Assembly (NCBI GenBank): GCA_029260965.1
Contig: JAJDCG010000002.1
Location: 190,707-246,801, forward strand
Source: Candidatus Levyibacteriota bacterium
Lineage (GTDB): Bacteria; Patescibacteriota; Microgenomatia; Levybacterales; UBA12049
DNA: 56,095 nucleotides
Reading direction: 5' to 3'
The position numbers and the translations under genes were made by a program. This document shows, piece by piece, positions 35,265-45,020 of the stretch (the first letter of the stretch is position 1; each line of letters starts with the position of its first letter). The notes beneath the pieces are model-generated. The model had not been told where the DNA came from. It made no database searches and was given only the letters and a program-made list of their open reading frames with translations.

Positions 35265-37592
35265 CTATTTTTTCTTGAAAACTACAAATTCGTCTTTTTC
35301 TATTTCCAGAATATATCTATTATCTTTTCTTAAATTTTTTACTATTTCCATTTCCGCACTTAGCGAATCAGATGGTTCTGTGTGATTCATTAAAAGTATT
35401 ATGTAGCTAGCATCTCCTATGCCATGGGGAAGCATATAAATCGTTTCCCTCTCGGCCATATGAGAACCAATGTTATTGGAAGTAGATATTGATTTTTCTG
35501 TTGGGACATTTCTTATGTATTCATTTATGAAATCCTTATTTTCTACTTGGTGAGTGAACATGTCTAGATTTGCCGATTTACTACCAGGTAGCGGACCAAA
35601 CATGTATGCTGCTGAAATACTCGTTGTTGCGATAAAGCTCGTAATTAAGACCATCGGAATTTTGGGTAATAATCGTCTAAGATTTTTTATGCCATATATA
35701 GCAGAAATAAAAACAAATGGAGTAATTGCAGCTGTGTATTGATAGTAGATTTGGTGTAGTTTGGGATTACTGCTGAGCAAGTTGATTCCAAGATCCGGTA
35801 GTGCAAACAAAAGCATCATGGGAGACATGTAGGATAGATATCCAAGTGAAGAAAAAATTTGTGTCAGATATTTGAGATGATCTTTCTCAAAAGCAATAGC
35901 CACAAGTTTGTCCGGGGATGAAAATATAGTACCAATGATTTCTTGGGGGTTTGACCCGAATTCAGAAAAATACGAAAGCGCAAAATGATCCCCTCCTCTG
36001 GCACCAGGTATAGCAACCGAAATAAGATAATAAAAAATGGCAATGCTTAATAAAAATACTGATCCTCCAACCACGCGTTTTTTATCATTATAAAAAATAA
36101 ATAAACCAAATATTGAGATTATGAGCCAAATTTGCTCCTTGGTAATGGCTGCGAGAATCGCAAATACTGTAAATCCGATCCATTTTTTTTGCAGGTAAAA
36201 ATAATATGTTCCCAAAAGTAATGTGGTTGATAAAACAACAGCATGAAAATCATATATATTTGCTCTTTGAACAGCTGGATTTATGAGATAAGCAAAGGAA
36301 AGCATAAGTGAGATGTTTTTATTTTTTAAAACAGTTTTTGCTATAGCAAATATAAAAAAACTTCCTAATCCTACAATCAAAACCTGGATCAAAAGCAACA
36401 TCCGTGGATCCTCCCACAGTGCGTAAAATGGCGCTAGAACTATCAGGATAAAATCTGCATGATATGAAAGCCTTGAAAGATTCTCTACTCCTGCTGGATC
36501 TGTGAATTGAAAAATTCTTCCCTGAGTTGTATTCCAGACAGTCTGGACCATGTTGCCCAGATCAAATCTACCCGTATAAAAATTTTCATATCTGAGAAAG
36601 CTAACAACTGAAAAATAAAGAATGTAAATAAGTGTTATGCTTGCCAAAATTGCTTCGTGTTTGTGTCGGCCGATCCACGTCTCGATCCTTAAAAAAAGTT
36701 TATTTTTTGCATTGTGAATGATAAATGCAAACAATACAAATAGAAGCTCAGACAGAACCAGCATAAAACGTGCAAAAAGAGCAGTAAAGCTTGCCTCAGC
36801 AGTTGAGATAATCTTTTGAAGCCCGATTATAATAAGACCCTCCCTCACCCCAAACCCAGCAGGAGTTATCAGAGAAAGTGCTCCAATCAAAAAACTGAGC
36901 GCAAAAAACCCGCTAAGTGTAAAGAAAAGCTCAATTGGAAGATATGCAATCGCCGATATTGCAAAGTAGTAACCAAATCCAAAAAACAATACTGCAAGCG
37001 AGGCAGATAAAAGGATCAGTAGATTATCAATAGGGCTAAATTTTTTCCAAAGCTTATGAATTTTGAAGTTATATAAATAAATTACAGATCCAAATAGCAT
37101 CACACTCCACGCAATCTGTCCATAATATACTGGTATTTCTGGAAAAACTGTTGTTCTTAAAAAAGGAACAGCCAATAGAGAGATAATAGACGTACCCATT
37201 ACGAACACGCCTGCCTCAATAAGGATAAGCCTAGCAATGTCTTTTTTTTCTATGCCAATTTCTGAAAAGCTAAAGGTACGTGCTAAGAAGCCCCAAATGT
37301 TGCCTGGAATATAGCGTTTGAGTTCAGATGCTGACCAATAATATGCAGAAGCTTTATATCTTATATTTCCTTTATAGACCTTGAGTAATAAATGCCAAAC
37401 TACGCTTCGCATAAAGTAAAATAATAAAAAGCAAATAGTTGAGATTCCAAGTAGTGTGAAGTTTGGATTTGTAAGCCTAGTAAGAATTTGAGACGCTTGA
37501 GGGGTGATAACTCGGATTATAAAAACAAAAGCCAATATAGAAAATGGCCATCCAAGAAGATATTTTAAAATGTTAAGAATTTTGTCCCGCAT
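35265..37592 (-). CDS. Lysylphosphatidylglycerol-synthase-TM (flippase-like) domain fused to DUF2079 domain
   Basis: RYIPGNIW and PAGFGVREG in the N-terminal part; FDLGNMVQ, YDFH, KE and YYQY in the C-terminal part. Confidence 0.8.
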   Translation of the reverse strand: MRDKILNILKYLLGWPFSILAFVFIIRVITPQASQILTRLTNPNFTLLGISTICFLLFYFMRSVVWHLLLKVYKGNIRYKASAYYWSASELKRYIPGNIWGFLARTFSFSEIGIEKKDIARLILIEAGVFVMGTSIISLLAVPFLRTTVFPEIPVYYGQIAWSVMLFGSVIYLYNFKIHKLWKKFSPIDNLLILLSASLAVLFFGFGYYFAISAIAYLPIELFFTLSGFFALSFLIGALSLITPAGFGVREGLIIIGLQKIISTAEASFTALFARFMLVLSELLFVLFAFIIHNAKNKLFLRIETWIGRHKHEAILASITLIYILYFSVVSFLRYENFYTGRFDLGNMVQTVWNTTQGRIFQFTDPAGVENLSRLSYHADFILIVLAPFYALWEDPRMLLLIQVLIVGLGSFFIFAIAKTVLKNKNISLMLSFAYLINPAVQRANIYDFHAVVLSTTLLLGTYYFYLQKKWIGFTVFAILAAITKEQIWLIISIFGLFIFYNDKKRVVGGSVFLLSIAIFYYLISVAIPGARGGDHFALSYFSEFGSNPQEIIGTIFSSPDKLVAIAFEKDHLKYLTQIFSSLGYLSYMSPMMLLFALPDLGINLLSSNPKLHQIYYQYTAAITPFVFISAIYGIKNLRRLLPKIPMVLITSFIATTSISAAYMFGPLPGSKSANLDMFTHQVENKDFINEYIRNVPTEKSISTSNNIGSHMAERETIYMLPHGIGDASYIILLMNHTEPSDSLSAEMEIVKNLRKDNRYILEIEKDEFVVFKKK

Positions 37593-37673
37593 TGAATCTA
37601 ATTGTACTAAATTTAAGGCTTTTTTGCATGTTTTAATTGTGCTTTGCGGGAAGACTTGTTAAAATTAACATGC

Positions 37674-37748
37674 GCGCCTGTAGCTCAGCGGATTTAGAGC
37701 ACTTCGCTTCGGACGAAGGGGCCGGGGGTTCGAATCCCTCCAGGCGTA
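37674..37748 (+). tRNA. tRNA-Arg(TCG)
   Basis: GCGCCTG acceptor stem and CTTCG-CT-TCG-GA-CGAAG anticodon arm. Confidence 0.92.
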
Positions 37749-37873
37749 CTATCATTGACTAAGGCTGCAGACTAGTTGTTATTTTCTATATATTCTTTAC
37801 AATAAAACAACCCAAAGGTATTATGTTGGATATGCTCCAGATTTAAAGAATTGCTTGGAATTGCACAAATTTA

Positions 37874-38410
37874 TTACGAAGAATGCTTTGCGGATTCAAG
37901 CACTGTAAGTCTCTCCTCGTGATCTTCAACTTTCAGCTGCAACTCTCTAGTCTGATGTGTGCCAATTTCGTTTTCATCTCTAAGTGTATCCACAGATCCG
38001 ACAAACCCATCTAACGTATTCATGATTCTATCAAGCTTGGAGTTCATTAAGTTTTGACCATCTTCAAGTCTTTCAATCCTCTCTTCATTTCGCAATGCGT
38101 CTTTTCTTATAAATCTAAATTCGTCTTTTGTTGCCTTCCTAGATAATTCTATTTCTGACTTGGTTGATTTTTGTAATCCCTGAACTGCATTGTCGAGGTC
38201 TGACTTGGTTGATTTTTGTAATCCCTGAACTGCATTGTCGAGGTCTGATTTGGTTGATTTTTGTAATCCCACAATAGCGCTGTCTAAATCTGATCTGGTT
38301 GATTTCTGCAGTCCCACAATAGCACTGTCTAAATCTGACTTGGTTGATTTTTGTAATCCCTGAACTGCATTGTCGAGGTCTGATTTGGTCGCTGGGGTAG
38401 AGCTGTTCAT
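37874..38410 (-). CDS. Coiled-coil protein with 15-aa TKSDL repeats
   Basis: Five TKSDLD(N/S)A(VQ/IV)GLQKS units followed by a coiled coil. Confidence 0.85.
   Translation of the reverse strand: MNSSTPATKSDLDNAVQGLQKSTKSDLDSAIVGLQKSTRSDLDSAIVGLQKSTKSDLDNAVQGLQKSTKSDLDNAVQGLQKSTKSEIELSRKATKDEFRFIRKDALRNEERIERLEDGQNLMNSKLDRIMNTLDGFVGSVDTLRDENEIGTHQTRELQLKVEDHEERLTVLESAKHSS
38156..38389 (-). repeat. 45-bp coding tandem repeat, about 5.2 copies
   Basis: Two unit variants in the order A-B-B-A-A; no spacers. Confidence 0.9.
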
Positions 38411-38514
38411 GTGGGGATTAGTATAGCACTTTTGACTATATTCAAGTCAAGATAACAAACAATATCAAAACAAAAACAATGATACTAAACTCTGGATAGA
38501 TGCCGAGTTGTTTG

Positions 38515-38533
38515 CGCAGAGCTTGTCAAAGTG
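38515..38533. repeat. REP-like element abutting the tRNA-Lys(CTT) 3' end
   Basis: CGCAGAGCTTGTCAAAGTG; same position and orientation relative to the tRNA as 19934-19952. Confidence 0.45.
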
Positions 38534-38603
38534 AGCCGGGAGGGATTCGAACCCACAACCAATACCTTAAGAGGGTACTGCTCTACCGTTGAGCTACCGG
38601 CCC
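38532..38603 (-). tRNA. tRNA-Lys(CTT)
   Basis: GGGCCGG acceptor stem and GTACC-CT-CTT-AA-GGTAT anticodon arm. Confidence 0.95.
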
Positions 38604-38668
38604 TGATAGTTTAATTTTAACAGTCTTTGACCCTAAGCACAATAAAGCTATACTTTTAACAAAAGTAG

Positions 38669-38921
38669 TTTATTTTGGTAGTTTTTCAAAACGTGTATAT
38701 TTCCCCGAGAAGAGATTTACCAAATTTTTGCCTATATTTCCTATCGCAGGACGTTCTCGCCTACATTCCAATTACCCATTAGAAGATTAGTCCTAAATAC
38801 TCCTTCACTTTTCTTCTTCCAACACCACTCTCAAGATAGTTACATGTCATAAGTTTCTATAACCATTTAGTTCTTCGTAGCCATTTTTATATTGGCTTTT
38901 GTCTTTCATTCTTTCTGTCAT
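38669..38921 (-). pseudogene. Possible decayed small gene
   Basis: MTERMKDKSQY... followed by short purine-rich coding-like frames broken by stops. Confidence 0.25.
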
Positions 38922-39028
38922 AATATAGACGAATATTAACAAATGCACAACCATTGCGCAAGCTAAAATTTTACTTTATAATAGACCCCGTTAACATCTT
39001 GCTCTTTAAGCATGATTAAACCTCAAGT

Positions 39029-41917
39029 ATGGATAAAATTACTATCAAAGGAGCTAGAGAACACAACCTCAAAAACATAGACTTAGAAATTCCCAAAAAT
39101 AAATTGGTTGTTTTGACAGGGCTTTCGGGATCTGGCAAGTCCTCACTTGCTTTTGACACGGTCTACGCAGAAGGTCAGAGAAGATATGTTGAAAGCTTAT
39201 CCTCCTACGCCAGACAATTTCTGGGAACTATGAAAAAACCAGATGTAGATTTAATAGAAGGGCTTTCCCCTGCAATTTCTATTGACCAGAAATCAACCTC
39301 ACACAATCCTCGTTCAACGGTTGGCACTGTTACTGAGATATATGACTACATGAGGCTTCTTTTTGCTAGAACTGGGCATCCACATTGCCCAAATTGTGGC
39401 AGAGAAATAGAACGACAATCCAAAGAGCAAATAGTTGATGCTATCTACAGGATGCCCCTGAATCATAAAGAAGCTGGAAAAAAACCATTTCGCCTTTTGA
39501 TACTTGCACCCCTGGTTAAAGACCGTAAGGGTGAATATGCAGAGCTTTTTAAATCATTGATAAAGCGTGGTTATCACAAGGTCAGAATTGATGGGAAGGT
39601 ATATAACCTGACAGATGATTTTGTACTGATAAAGACAAACAAACACAGTATAGATCTTGTAATTGATGCCCTCAATATTAGTAAAGAAACAGATCGTGTA
39701 AGACTAGCAACTGATGTAGAGCAGGCATTACAATTTGGAAATGGTGAAATGATTGCTTCCCGCATCATGGATGCATCCCTTAATATGCCAGAATTGCCAA
39801 AAGAACTGGATGATAAACTTTTTTCGGAAAAATTCGCTTGCCCAGTTTGTAACATTTCGCTTCCTGAGATAGAGCCACGCATATTTTCATTCAACACACC
39901 TCATGGTGCATGCCCCACCTGCTCAGGACTAGGTCGAGTATTGGATGCTGATCCTGAACTGGTATTTAACGAAAATCTATCAATAAACGAGGGTGGCATA
40001 ACACCATTTTTTAATCTTGGAACAAATGACACATGGTTTTCTAGAACTGTTAGAACATTCTGTAGAGAAAACGACATTTCTATGACAATTCCTTTTTCTC
40101 AGATATCAGATTCAAAAAAACAGTTACTGCTCAACGGGACTGGTGATAAAGAGTATTCAGTAGATGGTGAAAATCGTTGGGGAAAACAAACTACTATATC
40201 TGAACCATTTCGAGGTGTTTCTGGCGAACTAAAGAGACGTCATGCAGAATCTGATTCACAGTTTGTAAAAACTCAACTAGATAAATTTATGCGCTATGAA
40301 ACATGTCCTGACTGTAAAGGAGGACGACTTAAAAAAGAAGCATTATCCGTTACTATTAGAGATAAATCAATTGTTGATGTCTCAAGCATGTCTATAGAGA
40401 AGGCCTATGCATTTATAGAAAGTCTTAAGACAGAGATGAATAAAAGAGAACAAGAAATAGGAAAAATGATAATTCGGGAGGTGCTTTTACGAATGGGCTT
40501 TCTTTTGGATGTCGGACTTGATTATCTAACGCTCTCTCGCACTGCTGCGACGCTTGCGGGAGGAGAGGCACAACGCATCAGGTTAGCGTCACAAATTGGA
40601 TCTGGCCTCACAGGCGTGCTATATGTTTTGGATGAACCATCAATTGGGCTTCACCAGAGAGATAATAGCAAATTAATTCAGACTCTCAAAAAGCTTCGCG
40701 ATCTTGACAACACCGTGTTGGTTGTTGAGCACGATGAGGAAACGATGGAGGCAAGTGATTATATATTTGATTTTGGGCCAGGCGCCGGTGAAAATGGAGG
40801 CAATATTATTGCTCAAGGAACAATATCTGAAATTAAAAAAGACAAGAATTCCATAACTGGTGCGTATCTCTCGGGAAGAAAAAAAATAAACATTCAAAAG
40901 AGCACTACGAGCACGACTAATACTGGGAGCATACAGCTTTTAGGAGCAAGCGAACATAATCTAAAAAATATTGATGTTGAGTTTCCTCTGAACAAACTAA
41001 CGGTAGTCACTGGTGTCTCGGGTTCAGGGAAGTCAACACTGGTAAATGATATTCTTTTCCATGCGCTTATGCAGGCAAAGAATTCTTATCATTCGCAAAA
41101 GCCAGGCGAATACAAGGCTCTCAGAGGACATGAAAATATAAAAAATATTTTTGCTATAGATCAATCCCCCATCGGAAGAACACCCAGAAGTAATCCCGCT
41201 ACATACACAGGAGCATTTACGTATATCAGGACTCTTTTTTCCCAAACTAAAGAAGCAAAATTGAGAGGCTATGGACCTGGAAGATTTTCATTCAACGTTA
41301 AGGGCGGCAGGTGCGAAGCATGCGAAGGAGAAGGACAGATAAAAATCGAAATGCAATTCATGCCAGATGTCTACATCACTTGTGAAGTTTGTCAGGGTAA
41401 GCAATATAACAACGAAGCACTGGAGGTTCTTTTTAATGGAAAAAACATAGCTGAAGTCTTGGATATGAGTGTGAAAGAGGCTGTAAATTTCTTTTCATTT
41501 GTTCCTGCACTATCTCACAAATTGGCAACTCTGAATGAAGTCGGATTATCATATATCAAGTTGGGTCAACCTGCTCCTACTCTCTCTGGAGGAGAAGCAC
41601 AGCGTGTGAAATTGGCCACAGAACTTTCCAAGAAAGGTAAAGGCGCTCTTTATTTACTGGATGAGCCAACAACAGGACTTCATTTTGCGGATCTCGAAAA
41701 ACTTCTCTACGTTCTCAGGAGTCTTGTTGATGCAGGAAATTCAGTGATTGTAATAGAACACAATCTGGATGTTATAAAAAATGCAGATCACATCATTGAC
41801 CTGGGTCCTGAAGGAGGAGAAAAAGGTGGAGAGATAATCGCAACAGGTAAACCTCAAGAGATAGCAAAAAATACACGTTCATACACGGGAATGTTTTTAA
41901 AAAAAGTACTAGGTTGA
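39029..41917 (+). CDS. uvrA: Excinuclease ABC subunit A
   Basis: [10 protein letters not shown], two Walker A motifs, zinc fingers, LSGGEAQR. Confidence 0.98.
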   Translation: MDKITIKGAREHNLKNIDLEIPKNKLVVLTGLSGSGKSSLAFDTVYAEGQRRYVESLSSYARQFLGTMKKPDVDLIEGLSPAISIDQKSTSHNPRSTVGTVTEIYDYMRLLFARTGHPHCPNCGREIERQSKEQIVDAIYRMPLNHKEAGKKPFRLLILAPLVKDRKGEYAELFKSLIKRGYHKVRIDGKVYNLTDDFVLIKTNKHSIDLVIDALNISKETDRVRLATDVEQALQFGNGEMIASRIMDASLNMPELPKELDDKLFSEKFACPVCNISLPEIEPRIFSFNTPHGACPTCSGLGRVLDADPELVFNENLSINEGGITPFFNLGTNDTWFSRTVRTFCRENDISMTIPFSQISDSKKQLLLNGTGDKEYSVDGENRWGKQTTISEPFRGVSGELKRRHAESDSQFVKTQLDKFMRYETCPDCKGGRLKKEALSVTIRDKSIVDVSSMSIEKAYAFIESLKTEMNKREQEIGKMIIREVLLRMGFLLDVGLDYLTLSRTAATLAGGEAQRIRLASQIGSGLTGVLYVLDEPSIGLHQRDNSKLIQTLKKLRDLDNTVLVVEHDEETMEASDYIFDFGPGAGENGGNIIAQGTISEIKKDKNSITGAYLSGRKKINIQKSTTSTTNTGSIQLLGASEHNLKNIDVEFPLNKLTVVTGVSGSGKSTLVNDILFHALMQAKNSYHSQKPGEYKALRGHENIKNIFAIDQSPIGRTPRSNPATYTGAFTYIRTLFSQTKEAKLRGYGPGRFSFNVKGGRCEACEGEGQIKIEMQFMPDVYITCEVCQGKQYNNEALEVLFNGKNIAEVLDMSVKEAVNFFSFVPALSHKLATLNEVGLSYIKLGQPAPTLSGGEAQRVKLATELSKKGKGALYLLDEPTTGLHFADLEKLLYVLRSLVDAGNSVIVIEHNLDVIKNADHIIDLGPEGGEKGGEIIATGKPQEIAKNTRSYTGMFLKKVLG

Positions 41918-41941
41918 AGGTATAAAAAATACCACAAGTTT

Positions 41942-43747
41942 ATGTTTGTTAAATTTTTAATTTCTTTAGTAATAATTTCTCTGTTTTTTAGTAAACCTGT
42001 ATACTCTTCTGAAAATTTTAAAACAAATTATGATGTTGTTTATGAAATTAACAATACAGGAATAACCAATGCTAACTTTTCTGTAACACTTACAAATACT
42101 ACTCCCCAATACTTTGCATCTTCTTATAAAATGATATTTGGATTTGATGACATCACAAATTTAAAGGCGTTTGATGCTGAAGGAGAGATAGAAACAAGCC
42201 TAAAAAAAACAAATGATGGTTCAGAAATTGAGCTTATTTTTAACAAAAAACCGATTGGAATCGGCTCAAGCCTTACTTTTAATCTCGAATTTGAAACGAA
42301 AAACATTGTCCAGAAATACGGCAATGTTTGGGAGGTGAATATACCAGGGGTTTCAGACATTCGTGATTTTGATGAGTATTTTCTGGAGGTTAAAACCCCT
42401 CCTTCATTTGGAAAACCCATCTTTATAAAACCAGAACATGGTGGAGAAAAACTGAAATTCGATAAAAACCAGATCGGCAATTCAGGAATATCAATGACAT
42501 TTGGAGACAAGCAGGTTATTGATTTTTCACTCGAATACGACTTGCAAAATTCAAATTTTCATCCAATAAAAAGTCAGATTGCACTTCCCCCATCGACAAA
42601 CTATCAAACTGTATTTATCACACAGATGGAACCAAAACCTAATAATGTAATTCTTGATTTTGATGGTAATTGGATAGCGGAATATTCTCTAAAAAAAGGT
42701 ACTAATAAAAAAATTAAAGTAAAAGGACAGGCTGTAATTAATTTATCGCCCAAAAACGTTAAAATAACTGAAAAAGAAAAAAATGAGTATACAAAAAGTA
42801 AATCAAGTTGGCAAACATCTAATAATGAAGTAGTGAAACTTGCAGAGAAATTAAAAACACCCGAAGCAATTTATAACTATGTTGTTGAGTACCTCAGCTA
42901 TGATTTCTCAGGGATAAACTCTAAAAAAGAACGGTTAGGTGCTGTAAAATCACTTAAGAATCCTGATAAAGCAGTCTGCCGTGAATTTACAGATCTTTTT
43001 ATAGCAATTGCCAGAGCAGCTGAGATCCCAGCCCGTGAAATAAATGGATACGCAAATACAAACAACTCCAGCAATCGTCCACTCTCCCTCGTAGAGGATG
43101 TTCTTCATGCCTGGCCAGAATACTATGATTATAAAAAGAAAACATGGGTAATGGTTGATCCTACATGGGGTTCCACTACAGGAGGTGTTGATTATTTTCA
43201 CACACTTGATATCAATCATTTCACATTTGTCAGAAAAGGAACGGATGATAATTATCCAATACCTGCTGGGGGCTACAAGTCAGCTGCTGTAAACAGCAAG
43301 AAATATATAAATATCAATTTTTCTGAAAAAATACCTGAGTATAAATCATCATCAGATATAAGAACATCAATAAATAATACTCATATTGCAGGAATCCCGC
43401 TTACCACAGAAATTACAGTTACAAATACAGGATCGGGTTTTATTCCTCCACAAGTTTTAAGCTTAAGCTCAGACAAGCTGGAGCCAGTAAAAAATAAGTT
43501 TGACATTGCAGGTATACCACCCTTTGGTAGAATTGTTATAAATGCAAAATTTGAACCAACTGATCCTTTGACAAACATGGATGCAGGGTTTAAAATTTCA
43601 TACTCAGACAAAATATACAATCAGGATGTAAAAATTGCGCCTTTTTATATGACTTTGTCTGGAATTGGAGGTATATTAATTGTATTATTCACGATCATCA
43701 CGATTATCTTTGCCACAAAAACCTGGGGTTTACGTATTTCGAAATAA
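41942..43747 (+). CDS. Exported transglutaminase-like domain protein with C-terminal TM
   Basis: Catalytic-type motifs AVCREF, HAWPEYY, DPTW; signal peptide. Confidence 0.85.
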   Translation: MFVKFLISLVIISLFFSKPVYSSENFKTNYDVVYEINNTGITNANFSVTLTNTTPQYFASSYKMIFGFDDITNLKAFDAEGEIETSLKKTNDGSEIELIFNKKPIGIGSSLTFNLEFETKNIVQKYGNVWEVNIPGVSDIRDFDEYFLEVKTPPSFGKPIFIKPEHGGEKLKFDKNQIGNSGISMTFGDKQVIDFSLEYDLQNSNFHPIKSQIALPPSTNYQTVFITQMEPKPNNVILDFDGNWIAEYSLKKGTNKKIKVKGQAVINLSPKNVKITEKEKNEYTKSKSSWQTSNNEVVKLAEKLKTPEAIYNYVVEYLSYDFSGINSKKERLGAVKSLKNPDKAVCREFTDLFIAIARAAEIPAREINGYANTNNSSNRPLSLVEDVLHAWPEYYDYKKKTWVMVDPTWGSTTGGVDYFHTLDINHFTFVRKGTDDNYPIPAGGYKSAAVNSKKYININFSEKIPEYKSSSDIRTSINNTHIAGIPLTTEITVTNTGSGFIPPQVLSLSSDKLEPVKNKFDIAGIPPFGRIVINAKFEPTDPLTNMDAGFKISYSDKIYNQDVKIAPFYMTLSGIGGILIVLFTIITIIFATKTWGLRISK

Positions 43748-45020
43748 AGAAAATAAAATTCTTTACGTCGGAAAGGCTAAAAACCTTAAATCACGTGTAT
43801 CATCTTACTTTCTAAAAAAAGCAGACCTGGGAGAAAAAACAAAAAGTCTAGTTAGTTTGATTGAAAAAATTGAAATTACAATTGTTGAATCAGAACTAGA
43901 GGCGCTTTTGCTAGAAGCATTTTTTATAAATAAATATCAGCCAAAATATAACATCAGATTCTCAGATGACAAGTCTTATATTAGAATAAAAATAAATAAA
44001 AAAGATAAATACCCTCCTGTTCTTCTGGTACACAAAGAATCTGATCCTAACACAACATATTTTGGTCCATATCCCAATGGTAGGGCTGTAAGATTAGTTT
44101 TGCGCACAATAAGAAAGGCATTTCCATATGTATCAACTAAAAATCACGCAAAAAGGATTTGTCTTTATAATCATCTAGGACTTTGTCCTTGCCCGCCCAT
44201 ATTTGCATCAAAAACTCTTGAAAAAGAATATAAACATAATATCAAAAATATAATACGCATTTTTGAAGGAGAGGCTAGTAAAATTGTAGCTGAGCTTGAA
44301 AGAGCGAGGAATAAATATTCAAAAAATGAAAACTATGAAAAAGCAAAGGAGCTTCAAGAAAAAATATATGCTCTAAAAACGATTACAGAACCATTCCATA
44401 AGCCATTTGAATATGAAATAAATCCGAATTTGAGATCAGACATGAGACAAAAAGAGTTAAATGAATTAAAGCAAGTCTTGACTCCTCACCTTGGAAGTGA
44501 ATCTAGTACACAGCTTGGTAATTTAGACAGGATAGAATGCTATGATATTTCCAACACTCAGGGTACAAATGCAACCGGTTCTATGGTGGTTCTCACGAAT
44601 GGCGAAATTGATAAATCTGAATATCGAAGATTCAAAATAAAAAAAGATGGTAAACCAAATGATTTTGAGATGATGGGAGAAATGTTGACCAGAAGGTTCA
44701 AGAAACTTGATTGGACCGAGCCTAATTTAGTGATCGTTGACGGAGGAAAGGGCCAGGTATCATCTGCTCTAAAAACTCTCGCTTCCACTGATTTGGAGTA
44801 TCCTATCATCGGTCTTGCAAAGCGCGTAGAAACAATAGTAATACCAGCAATAAAACAGCATGGGGAAAAAATTTCCGGAATACCTGAGAGCCTCTTTACA
44901 GAAATCTCGCTTCCTAAAAATTCAAAAGCGCTGCATCTAATTATGCGCATCAGAGATGAAGCACATCGTTTCGCTATTACATACCACCGTAAACTAAGGA
45001 ACAAATCTAGTTTCTTGTAA
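43680..45020 (+). CDS. uvrC: Excinuclease ABC subunit C, lacking the C-terminal HhH
   Basis: PGVY...YVGKAKNLKSRV, RIECYDISN, VDGGKGQ, RDEAHRFA; exact start uncertain. Confidence 0.92.
   Translation: MYYSRSSRLSLPQKPGVYVFRNKENKILYVGKAKNLKSRVSSYFLKKADLGEKTKSLVSLIEKIEITIVESELEALLLEAFFINKYQPKYNIRFSDDKSYIRIKINKKDKYPPVLLVHKESDPNTTYFGPYPNGRAVRLVLRTIRKAFPYVSTKNHAKRICLYNHLGLCPCPPIFASKTLEKEYKHNIKNIIRIFEGEASKIVAELERARNKYSKNENYEKAKELQEKIYALKTITEPFHKPFEYEINPNLRSDMRQKELNELKQVLTPHLGSESSTQLGNLDRIECYDISNTQGTNATGSMVVLTNGEIDKSEYRRFKIKKDGKPNDFEMMGEMLTRRFKKLDWTEPNLVIVDGGKGQVSSALKTLASTDLEYPIIGLAKRVETIVIPAIKQHGEKISGIPESLFTEISLPKNSKALHLIMRIRDEAHRFAITYHRKLRNKSSFL

Noticed and set aside
37804-37831. dif-like site (…AAGGTA-TTATGTTGGAT)
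   Set aside because: Only the TTATGTT part resembles a XerD arm; the left arm and spacer fit poorly
38156-38389. Possible CRISPR array
   Set aside because: Contiguous 45-bp units with no unique spacers, in frame within a CDS, and no cas genes in the window
38944-38960. Imperfect palindrome TGCACAA-CCA-TTGCGCA upstream of uvrA as an SOS box
   Set aside because: No matching copy upstream of dinB or nth, so it is unsupported
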